The translations under genes and the position numbers were made by a program. This document shows positions 11,901 through 23,800 of a DNA stretch of 64,000 bases, in pieces (position 1 is the first letter of the stretch; each line of letters opens with the position of its first letter). The notes beneath the pieces were generated by a model. It was not told the DNA's origin, did not search any database, and saw only the letters and a list, made by a program, of their open reading frames with translations. The DNA is from Phoronis australis (taxonomy: Eukaryota; Animalia; Phoronida): assembly GCA_002633005.1 (NCBI GenBank), contig NMRA01000139.1, positions 496,001 through 560,000 on the forward strand, given 5' to 3'.

Positions 11901-14308
11901 CAACCACACATATTTCCAGGAAAATTATAAATACATTTGTTTATTAAATAAAAGAATCACAAACATCAAAAAGAGCTGGTGCATCTGTGGACAAAGAGAG
12001 CACAGCCAAAACATAATGGTCACAGCGCCCGTTCTAGTAAACTGTTCATTGTTGGTCTTTAACTTGAGATTTGCAATATGCTTGAGGCAGCAACAAAGCT
12101 ACTTTCCACCACAAAATCCAAGTTTTCATCTAGACCACTTAACAGTATGGTGTTGGTATCTAACTGTTCATCACTCAGTTAGAAGTGAATTGAGGGGTTT
12201 GAAAGAACCAACAGTTCATTATTGCTGGACACCAGGCTCAAAAATTTGACTAATGTCATGGCATGTTATTTTATGCCCCACACATTTTCTCAAGAAACAA
12301 AGAACAATTAGTTCCTACAAACCCAGAAACCACTTCCTGTCTGAGTAAGGAGCCAGTTGAGTCTAGTTTTATGGCGGCAAGTGTCCAAAATCAAAAGTTC
12401 GCTCCCAGGATGGGAACACAGGTTTATAGCTACTTGTTTTGATTGTTTCACTTTCCAATGAAGTATTTACTAGGAATGGCTAAGTACAGTTACTGCCTTC
12501 ACTCTGCGCTAGTTCTTACAATGTTTTAAGTCAAACTTTAGTTGTCAAAATAGCCACGATTCTAATCCAACACAGAATTCATGCAGGAAAACTTCACTTC
12601 TTTGTATAAACCCAATGAGCATATATTCGACAGGCTTGTCTGGAGACAACGCTCAGGTAAGGTGAACTTAGACGAATCTGAAGTCAAAAACTTAAGACGA
12701 ATTTAAGATTCCTGTTTTGAAATGGATTTAAGATAATTTTTAGTTTCAAATTAAAATTTGTCTTAATCACTTTTCTATGAATTGACAACCTGCCCTTCAA
12801 GGTTTTATATATGTTCATAAGTAGTAAAATTGTGTGTTGCCGTTATACCACACAAAATGACCATACAAAATGACCACACAAAATGACCATACAAAATGAC
12901 CACACAAAATGACCACACAAAATGACCATACAAAATGACCATACAAAATGACCACACAAAATGACCATACAAAATGACCATACAAAATGACCATACAAAA
13001 TGACCACACAAAATGACCATACAAAATGACCATACAAAATGACCATACAAAATGACCATACAAAATGACCATACAAAATGACCATACAAAATGACCANNN
13101 NNNNNNNNNNNNNNNNNNNNNNNNNNNNNNNNNNNNNNNNNNNNNNNNNNNNNNNNNNNNNNNNNNNNNNNNNNNNNNNNNNNNNNNNNNNNNNNNNNNN
13201 NNNNNNNNNNNNNNNNNNNNNNNNNNNNNNNNNNNNNNNNNNNNNNNNNNNNNNNNNNNNNNNNNNNNNNNNNNNNNNNNNNNNNNNNNNNNNNNNNNNN
13301 NNNNNNNNNNNNNNNNNNNNNNNNNNNNNNNNNNNNNNNNNNNNNNNNNNNNNNNNNNNNNNNNNNNNNNNNNNNNNNNNNNNNNNNNNNNNNNNNNNNN
13401 NNNNNNNNNNNNNNNNNNNNNNNNNNNNNNNNNNNNNNNNNNNNNNNNNNNNNNNNNNNNNNNNNNNNNNNNNNNNNNNNNNNNNNNNNNNNNNNNNNNN
13501 NNNNNNNNNNNNNNNNNNNNNNNNNNNNNNNNNNNNNNNNNNNNNNNNNNNNNNNNNNNNNNNNNNNNNNNNNNNNNNNNNGGGGGGGGGGGGGGGGCCT
13601 GGGCCCCCCTCTAAATCTGCCTATGTAACATACAAAATCCTGGCAATCTGTTCCTAGTGGTTGTACTGTTTACTAGCAATGAATGCTCAGTGCAAACAGG
13701 CTAGAGTCTTATCAGCATTCTGGTTAGCAAGCTATGGTGCATTTGGCTGGATTCTTTATGAAAGCCAGGTTCCAACATTACTGCACAACACAATTGCTAC
13801 TGACACCGATTGTGTGGCAGCCCGCTTCGTAAGCAAGGGTTTGTTAATGTGAACTGAACACAAAGGTGTTTTAATGCTATACTGAGTCACTTCTCATGAG
13901 GAACTTGAGCTCTATTCTAGTAATTTTGAATGATTTTGATTTCACATGTTGCGACATATAGCACTATGAACACAAACATGCTAGGCCTGCCATCAGTGCT
14001 GGGGGTATCAAACATACTAGCCCGTTAGAATCATCAGAGAACATTAAAAGTGACTACTGCCACTTTAAGTGTAAGCCTCAGGTACCAAACGGCAGAGTTG
14101 TTCAGGCATCCTGAAGAAGATTATTGATTGAATCATCATCGATTACCCGGCGGCTCAATAACAACGTCAAGGGACAGCGATTATATTGATAAAATGTAAA
14201 CTGGAATGTTATCGATACCTTTACTCTGTCCTTCTGTCTGCTTAACGCTTCTGTCAGACTTTTATTGTTAGTCATTCGCTCATATCGCAATGTTGTTGCT
14301 TCGCTCAT
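8901..14308 (-). CDS. CFAP141: Cilia- and flagella-associated protein 141 (C1orf189 family)
   Basis: Exons 14308-14219 (MSEATTLRYER...KDRVK), 10470-10341 (EETNHLRSIWEEKLE...EARLANKACLA) and 9002-8901 (VRREALKRLLENEYSAFEKELQATGKTFHLQRF*), all with GT-AG sites. The C-terminus matches the recalled CFAP141 pattern VRxAAL...E...ELxxxGKAFYxxRF. A small 3n+2 exon is needed between exons 1 and 2 and is not firmly located. AATAAA on the minus strand at 8759-8764. Confidence 0.85.
12848..13097. repeat. 13-bp minisatellite (ccayacaaaatga)n running into a gap
   Basis: About 19 tandem copies are visible. Confidence 0.95.
13098..13581. other. Assembly gap (N run)
   Basis: Run of N. Confidence 0.99.
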
Positions 14309-14871
14309 TTTGAATCCGATCCACGCTGAACTCTTACCAGTGCGAACTGTTGACTTCCTGGTTGCTAAGAACTACTCACTCCCACTGTGACGCTTTCAGC
14401 TTACGCAATCAGTGAAAGAGCACCTATTCGATCACAGGAAAAGTATAGACTAATCGAAATTAGAATTTTAATTCTACTAATTCAATCAACTATATACGAA
14501 ATAATTTAAAAATATCGAAAAATTAAGACCAAAACGAAAGAAATGAGTCAACAGATATTAATGCGCTCTAGATGATATTTTTGCCGAAAGATGACGCTAA
14601 ATACAAGGAAAACGAAAATAGTGAATTTATAACTCAATTCTCGGCATGAGATATGACTACAATGACTGTTAACACTGCTTAAATCATGTTACGAAATATT
14701 TACTTAATATCATAAATATTTTGTCCTATACGTCACATTTTTGATGGGTGAGTACGACTACATGATGTTACAACGTTCAGTTTCATCAACATATTGATCA
14801 CACTTTTTGTATCTAAAAATAAAATTTCTGATAAGAAAACGTCACGTTGGGAATTTTTAGCTGACTTCAAG
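14309..14871. promoter_or_regulatory. Short divergent (head-to-head) promoter region with an RFX X-box-like site
   Basis: The two ATGs are 563 bp apart. GTTGCTAAGAAC at 14361-14372 resembles the X-box typical of ciliary genes and lies about 50 bp upstream of the CFAP141 ATG. An ETS-like ACTTCCTG is adjacent at 14353-14360. Confidence 0.5.
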
Positions 14872-17800
14872 ATGTCGGTTGAGAGAGATCCAACATTTTG
14901 CAACCTTTGTAATATTCCTCTGTCTTCGTTTGCAGTGGCTACCCAACATTATGCAGGCTTAAAACACTCGAAAAAGGAGAGGGTAAGAGTCCAACGAAGG
15001 GGTGGATTGCATAAAGAAATTCCCGGGAAATCCCCGTTCCGTTCATACAGTATTGTCGAGTAAAATCCAATCCTCCGACTTTTCTAATTCTGTGTCTGGC
15101 CTCACAACTGGCAGTTATTGTCTACCATTGTTCAAACAGTTACTAAAACCTTGTCTTCAATGGGTGCCAGAGAACCGTTCGACTGGCAAAGTCACATCTA
15201 TTTTAGCTAATTTTTGTAAAGATTTCAGTTCTTGGCCTTGGGGTAGAATCTCAGAAGCCAAACAGTTAGAAAAACACTAATTTTAGTCCTTGATACATCA
15301 ATTTTTAGCCAAAAATGTAATAGCCGTTAAGCCATCGCTGAAGCTTAATTAAGACCATAGAACTTCAGGGATAGAGTTCTATGGGCAGATGAACTTGATC
15401 GGTGGTCCTCTAATTCCGAATCTGCTAAATTAAAACTGAGTTCTAGTGTTTATGTTATTTTCATCTCTATGGGAAAGTCTTTTTTATTGTCTGGATTATC
15501 ATGGAAGCCATTGATTGGTACGGAAATCTTGGAGAAAATCTCACTCAATAAATATGCCTTCAATCTCACTCAGTGATGATCAGCATNAGCCGAGATCACC
15601 CGACTCGGGGATCAAACCCGCGACCCCCATAAAACCGGCAAGCGTGCTAACCATTCAGCTAATAGGCAATTGCCCGTTAGCGAGTAGCTAACAGAGGCTC
15701 ATATAATTCACCGGAAGCACATCTACAACATTCCCCCCTTTCCTACGGAACGGGCACGCGACAGGAAGGTGAACACCAGGATGTCGCGCATACAGGTCAT
15801 CAACGTCCCTTGGTACCTTTACCACCACAACACAGGTGAACACAAGGTCGTCTCTCATACAGGTCCTTGACTCCTGGAACCTTCCACGCGCGCTGTCCCA
15901 AGGTCCGTGGGTACTAGTTGGCAGTGCTTCATCGGTAGATCATCCGTTTGCCAACTACGCCATTTGTAGTAACTTAAAATAGCCGAGATCACCCGACTCG
16001 GGGATCAAACCCGCGACCCCCATAAAACCGGCAAGCGTGCTAACCATTCAGCTAATAGGCAATTGCCCGTTAGCGAGTAGCTAACAGAGGCTCATATAAT
16101 TCACCGGAAGCACATCTACAACAGAACCGTTTGACTGGCAAAGTCACATCTATTTTAGCTAATTTTTGTAAAGATTTCAGTTCTTGGGGTAGAATCTCAG
16201 AAGCCAAACAGTTAGAAAAACATTAATTTTAGTCCTTGATACATCAATTTTTAGCCAAAAATGTAATAGCCGTTAAAAAAGCCATCGCTGAAGCTTAATT
16301 AAGACCATAGAACTTCAGGGCTAGAGTTCTATGGGCAGATGAACTTGATCGGTGGTCCCCTAATTCCGAATCTGCTAAATTAAAACTGAGTTCTAGTGTT
16401 TATGTTATTTTCATCTTTATGGGAAAGTCTTTTTTATTGTCTGGATTATCATGGAAGCCATTGATTGGTACGGAAATCTTGGAGAAAATCTCACTCAATA
16501 AATATGCCCTCAATCTCACTCAGTGTAGCCCATGATGGCAATCTCCCGTTCAGTGATTTTACCAGATGCAAAAGGTTGTGAGGGCGTGGTAACATCTAGC
16601 TTCTTTGTTAACTGCCAAGCACAGTATTTTGTCAGGTATGACAACAGGCAGGTCAATTATCTACCAGGCTTATTACAGACCACGTGTAAACACAATCAAA
16701 CCCAGAGGGAATTGGTACTTTCGGAGAGAGTAGATTGTCGTAACTTCAGTTGTAGTTGGGCGATTTTGCCCATTCAAAAACTAAACATGATCAGCATTTG
16801 ACAAAGATTTCAGAAATGCTATTGGTTTATGTTCAAATATATTATATAACTTAACTTCTATTTTAACAGCACAGCCCAGTCAGGCTAGATATTATTTGAG
16901 ATTAGAGCAATTATCGAACAAAAGAGAGCTGGCCTTCCAACCATCAATGTCAGAATGGAGTTAATCAGTCATGTAAGATATTGGCTACAGGGGTGTTCTT
17001 CCCAACTTGCTGTTGGGCTATAGAAACGAACAAGTTGGGAGCAACGGGAACACGCGTAATATACAGAGTCACCGCCCGACATGGGATTGATCAAGTTAAT
17101 GTGTGCTGAGCAACATGGATCACTACACCTAGGCCATTATTTTGTAATGTGTAGTCACAATGAGAATGATCTGTTGATGTCTTTTTAGGCACTCAGATCC
17201 CTGCAGATGAACAATGGACCTGCCACCCATGAAGCTCACCTCAGATCCCTGCAGATGAACAATGGACCTGCCACCCATGAAGCTCACCTCAGATCCCTGC
17301 AGATGAACAATGGACCTGCCACCCATGAAGCTCACTCAAAGTCACAAGGTATTGTAGAAATGTTGTTTAGTCTTCATTGACAGCGAATTTATACAAAGTC
17401 AAGTTTTTATACCCCATTTAAGTGCCATCTTTTGTTCAGTTGTGGAACCACAGGACTGACGGTTTCATGTTAGACCTGGTTACACATATCTGTACTGAAT
17501 TGCAATAAATTCTGTCCCGTTTGATCTGCACATAACGTGGAATTGTCGTGAGGACTTGACAGGGACCTCAGGGGTCTCACGCTCCATTGGCTTATCTACA
17601 TTAATTTGAAAGGGCTTTGTCCAGTCACATGTTGTGTGTCATAAAAGAGATGATGATACCTGCATCTGATGTGGCTAGTAGAACTACTCTCATCTATCAC
17701 ATTGGTGTAGACTCACATTAGAACTGTGGTTTTCTGTTGAGCCCAGACCGTCCGGAGTTGCACCATATACCAACTCCAGACCGTCTCTCACGACGATTTA

Positions 17801-20800
17801 GTGTTATGTATTGCCTTGTTTGTGGTGCGAGTATTTGACATGTATTATACCATACTCTCGTTGCATCCCCTTTAAAGAAGTATACGCACCATTGCAGTGC
17901 TGTCAAGACATATCTTGATCTGTTGTGAAATCTCCGACGGCAACACTCGTGACACAATGAGAAAGTGAATAAAGAACGCTGCTTCAAAGTACGGATCTAG
18001 CTATTCGAAAGCAATTAGCTTTAACATGAAGTTATTGTTATTATTATTGGCATTCCATTTTGGGTGTCATCTCTGTTGTCCAATATTTTTAGCTGCGGTG
18101 AGTGAAAGCCCTAATCATCATGAGAGGGAGTACTTCTTTGATCATACAACTTGGAGGGGAATGTGCAATGTGTGCAACGTAGAGCTGACATCAGTAAAAC
18201 TAAAAGATCAACATCTTAGTGGTAAAAGCCACAAGAAGAATCTTTTAAGGCAAGTACGGTAATTCTCCACATTCTTTGAACATTCTCCTTATTTTGCGTG
18301 CCAAAAATTGCCAGCAATATTAAATACTCACTCTCACATTTAATTGTTTACTTCAAGCAAAAACATAAAGTAGCCAAACCAAAATTTAAATTAGCATCTT
18401 TGCTGCACTAGTGAGGGGACATATTTTTGAGTTAGTAAGGGGACTGTTGTGGTCAATACTGTAATTTTCCAGTTTGAACACTGTCCTTGTTTTTCACACC
18501 AAAAATGGTCATCAGTATGAAATATTCATTTCTTTGTGTATTTCATGTGAAAAGTCGCAAAATAGCAAAACCAAAATTTTGATTAATTTAGCATTTTTGC
18601 AAGCTTAGTAAAAGGACACATTTTTGGGTTAAAGAGGGGTCACTTGAGGTCAAAGCTTTGTCAGTATCAATTTCAATTGATAATTATTTAACATAATTTT
18701 TTCCACAGACCTACCGGACAGGTATGGTAACAATTTCCAATAGAAAATGTGTGTCAGACTTTTTTAGTTTAACTCCAACTGATCAACATATTTGCAATTT
18801 TCATGTTTGTCATTAGTTTCAAAGCTATTAATTAGAATTGTGCAAGTTTTTCAAGATTCTTGTTTGAGATTAAAAAACCTGAACATCTGTTCAACATTTC
18901 CTTAATAATTTCACTAAAAAGATTTAGTATGCAGATATCCTCGACTCATGTCATTAACAAAATCAGTGGCATTGGTTTACTGAAGTTTCTCTTGAATGCA
19001 TGTTTTATGAACTGAGCCTGACATTAAGTTATGGAATTCCCTGTGCACCATTTTTGAATTTTAGTGTTGGCCAATGCCTCTTCTTGACCTCCCGAGGGTT
19101 TGTATGCTCTTCAAAATAACATGTCATTTTTTGGTAAGCAAAAATTTGTAACCAACTTTGTGAGAATAAAAGCTCCAATTCAATTTTTGTTTTGAGCCAG
19201 CTTTAAGCAGGGCAAATTGCAGTATTAAGTAAGTAATATCTACGTTTTATGAGGAAAAACACTGCGTATACGATTTTCATTCAAAACGAGGTGGTTCAGA
19301 TATTGGGAGTAGTCTTGCCTGAAACATGATGGTAAATGTAAGGTCAACAAAATATGTTTTTTAATTGATAGTATTAATTTTGGTATATGTTTAAATTTAC
19401 AGGTGGTCAGCTAGTCAAGTCAGTACGTCAACACCACCTGAGATGTTGCAACTTCACAATGTAAGTGAAGACCATCAAAAAAAAGCCACAGGTTCCATGC
19501 TGCCAGTTGATTCAACTCAGTGGCTGATGTGCGAAGTTTGTGATGTAAAGTGTAACTCGGCGGAACATCTTGAAAATCACAAACGAGGAGCGCCCCACTC
19601 AAAAATGGTTAGTCGACTGGCGGCAGGACAAGTTTTTAATGCAACTGGGAGTCAGGAATTAGCTGGCAGAGCAGAGACAATATATCGATGTGTTGAAAAA
19701 AGTCAACAGTCATTAATTGGTCAACATGTTTCCTCTTCAACATCACCTGATGTGCAGAGACTGCACACTCCTGCGCTCCTTTCATCTAAGAGTTGTGTAG
19801 GAAGTAGCGACTCACCCCTGCAGTGCACAGGTTCCATGCTGCCAATGGATTCAACTCAATGGCTGTTGTGCGAAGTTTGTGATGTAAAGTGTAACTCGGC
19901 CGAAAATCTGGAAAATCACAAACGAGGAGCGCCCCACATGAAAATGTTGTGCCGACTTTTGGCAAGACAAGATTCTAATGCAACGGAGAGAGCAGAGATA
20001 TCACATCAATTCAGTAAACGAGATCAGCTGGGAGGAAGTTATCATGACGCTGTCTCACCAACGCCACCTAGTGCTCAACTGCCCACTCCTGTACTCCAGT
20101 CACCAAACAGTCATGAAGGTAGTAGTGACACCTGGTGTGATGTTTGCAAACTCCAATTCAATGGCCCACAGCCAGCTGCGCAGCACTACCAGTCTGCAAA
20201 GCACTTGCAGAAGTTGCAGCTTAAAGAAAGTGGGGGGAAACGTGATGCCGTGTTTTGTGATGTGTGCGCAATTTATGTTGACACTCATGAGATGTTGGAG
20301 TTGCATAAGAACAGTGATAAGCACAAAAGAAAAGCTGCTAGCTCTTTCCTGCCTGTAGATTCAACACAGTGGTATAATTGTGAACTATGCAATGTAAAAT
20401 GCAACTCAGCAGAACATCTGGAAAAGCACAAGAATGGGACAGCACACTCAAAAATGTTGGGTCAAATGTTGGCAATGCAATATCCTTATGGAACTGAAAA
20501 CCATGAACAGAATGATAGAGCAGAGGCGGTGAATCAGAACACTATGAGAAGTCAGCAGAGGACAAGTTATCCCGTTGCTTCCTTATCAAAATGCTCTGCT
20601 GAGCAGCAAGTGCAATCTCCTGTGCTCCAGTCATCTGACACTAATGAAGAAAGTAGCGACACCTGGTGTCACATTTGTAAACTAGCCTTTACAGGCCTGT
20701 GGCCAGCAGCAGAGCATTACCAGTCTGCGAAACACAAACAAAAATTGCAGCTGAAGAAAAATGGGGGAAAACCTGATGCAGTATTTTGTGAAGTGTGTGC

Positions 20801-23800
20801 AATTTATGTTGATACAATCCCAATGTTAGAGGTACACAACAGAAGTGTGAAGCATCAAAGAAAACTTGCTGGCCCCACACCACCAGTTGATCGAACTCAG
20901 TGGCATCTGTGTGAGCTGTGTGATGTGAAATGTAACTCTGCAGAGCTCTTGGAAAGTCACAAGAAAGGAGAGTCACACATGAAAAGGTTGCAACAACTGT
21001 TGGCAAAAGAGGATTTCCCTGCACCTTTAAACCCTGGTGTGGATGGTGAAAAAGAAGTCTTGTATCAGCGCAATGAAGAGAGCCAGCAGGTTGCATCTCG
21101 CCTGATCCCGGCACAAGCTTTGGAAGTGGTAGAGAATAATGACTTGGAGAAGCTTTCTACGTAATAAGTTTATAATATCAACCAGTATCACTACAGACTT
21201 CAAAATGAAGTGTTGCCACTATGTCGCAATGTTGATTGGAAAATGTAAAATGTAGAACTCATTTAAATTAATTTACAAATCCTACCCAGTCACGTTTAAT
21301 GATATATCAAGCTACGGAAAGAGACATGAAAATAACATCTCGCCAGCTTATTAGCAAGTTTATCGTTGACTGTAATGCATTGCACAAGATAACTTGGCCT
21401 CACAAATTATATTCGTAGCTTAATCACGATTGCTTATTTAAAAGGTTATTTTCGGTTTTCAATTGGTGATGATGAAACAGTGTGCAATCCAGATGTGTAG
21501 AGGGCCTTCTATTGCTTCTTTGATTTTTATTTTGAATAAACAGAGTACCTTATGTTTAACATTGCAGATCTCACTATCAGACTACACCATCTTCTCACAG
21601 AACTGAGCTCTTAGTCAGCAGTAATGCCAGAGTCACTGCGCCATTGATGCCATCAGATGGTGGAGCAAGTCTGGTCACCTGTGAAGTAAATCATAATGTT
21701 GATAGACAGGAAAAGAATGCACGTGAATCCGCTATAAAACTAGACATTGTAGATCCTCTGTTGGACTCTATCAAGTCTATTATTAAACCAGATCCTCTGT
21801 TGAATTTGTCAACCGAGCAGGAAGCAATGGAGGCGTCAGTGAAACCTGGAGAAAGTCAAGGAAGAACTCAGTTGTCTTCACCAGAATCCTTTGTGGATGA
21901 ATATCCAGAAGATGAACAATTGGACTCGTCTAGAACATTGGTGAGTGAAGAAGTCAAAGTATGTTCGCCGAGAGATTCTTCTGAAAGCCGTTTAGATTCC
22001 TCCAAAATGCTGAATAAGGTAAATTATAAAGAGGTTCAAACGAATTTGTCAAAGATTTCGGAAAATGAAAGCATCAAAGGGAGACTAGTGGAAGAAACAA
22101 AGTCACCCGTGAATGGAAGTAGCTCAAGGAGTCAGTTAGAGTCTATCAAGGCATCTGTAAGTGAAGAGGCCTGCAGAGAACGTAGCTTTGAGTCTTCTGA
22201 GAGGCAAAACTTGGAACATGGCTCCTATACCAAAATAAGTAGAGCTATGGCAAACCTGAGTATTAATGAGGCATCAAGTTTGGAAACAGTAACAGAGGGA
22301 CTGAAACGTACTTCTCAAGAAGATGATCTTACTCAAAGTCCATCTTCGCCGAGAGACATGCTGGATTCACGTGAAGAACTCCTCTCTCAGCACTGTGGGG
22401 TTGCAAGCTGCAGCCGCCCAACAAGAAATGAAACCGATGACTGCAAAATGTCTTCAAACAAACTAGCAGCAGGTTTTGAACTGAATACAGACAACCAGTG
22501 CACAGATGACCCAGAGACCAGTCTCACCTCTACAGATGAGCCAGAGGCCAGTCTCACCTCTACAGAGGAGAATGATATAGTTACTGATTGTTCAAATAGT
22601 GTAGTGGCCACTTCTGCTCAGGCTTCCCAAACTCCATTGGATCCAACACCAGATGGCAGTGTGCCACCACTGGTTAAAGACCAGCAATGCGACGACCCTT
22701 TTCAAAGTCTTATCCGTACCTTTCCTCGAGACTACCAAGTTGAAGTCTTTGAGAAGGTTTTTGCTACCGCTGGGGATTCTGTCCTGTTTTTACCTACTGG
22801 TAAGTATGACACATGAGGAATTCTAGCTTATTGGGCTTGGCTATTCAAAACCCATAGGTGGCAGTAAACCAATTATCTTTTCAGCCAGGACCATAAACCC
22901 GTTGTTGCGCTGTGTTTACTTTCACAGACCAACTGGGGTAGTCGAATGGTTGAGAGTAGGGTTCACAAAGAACTACTTTTACTGACCTTGCAAGTCAATT
23001 TCAAAAAGCCTATTGTGTGTGAACGAGATCCATTATTTGCTATGGTCTGCAAAATTCTAAGCCACTAATGGGACCAGTTACTTCCTCCAAACCCAACCTG
23101 CGTTTGTGAATGTTGAAATCGTCAGTGTGCATCACCTTCAAAGCAACGAGATTACTCTTCGTATGTAGTCGCTTACTTACTCTGTGGTTGGCAGCCTTTT
23201 TCGGCAAAGTCTGTGCTCCAACTCTCCACATGATAGTTAAGACTGGAATACTTAGCACAAAGATTAACATTGCCATCTCCGTTTAGAAATGTATGGTACA
23301 AAGCAAATCGCTTAACATGTTATTTTCAATGCCCAATACACATCAGTTTATGTTTTTGGAAGAATTGGCGTGTCTAATAAGTCGTGCATTGTTAGTAACA
23401 AAAGTTGTTGTAAAAAGACTCGCAATCAAAACCAGATTCCAACTTACCTTGATTCTGATTATAATTTTATGATCTTAAAATATTTTCTTGATGAACGAAT
23501 TTCCTTTAATACAAAGTAAATTTTGGATCGCCAAACTTTATATGAGTGTGGCAAAATAAGATTTTTGTGAAGGAACAAGTGCACCGAATGGAATAGTATT
23601 ATCTCTGAACATTATCGTAGTTAAGTAAAAATCCAGCTTATGTTGACTGAAGCACATCATACATGTAGGTCTTACTAATCTGATGAAGATAGTGTCACTT
23701 CTCAACCGGATTCATCACAGTTTTAATTCATCTTGAAAAAATTTTTTATAATTTTTTATAGCTTGCCTTTTAGTATTTGCCTACTACGAGTCGGCAAAAC

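Noticed and set aside
12805-13089. Repetitive ORFs MVILYGHFVWSFC; CRISPR-like look
   Set aside because: Translation of a 13-bp minisatellite with no spacers, in a eukaryotic context.
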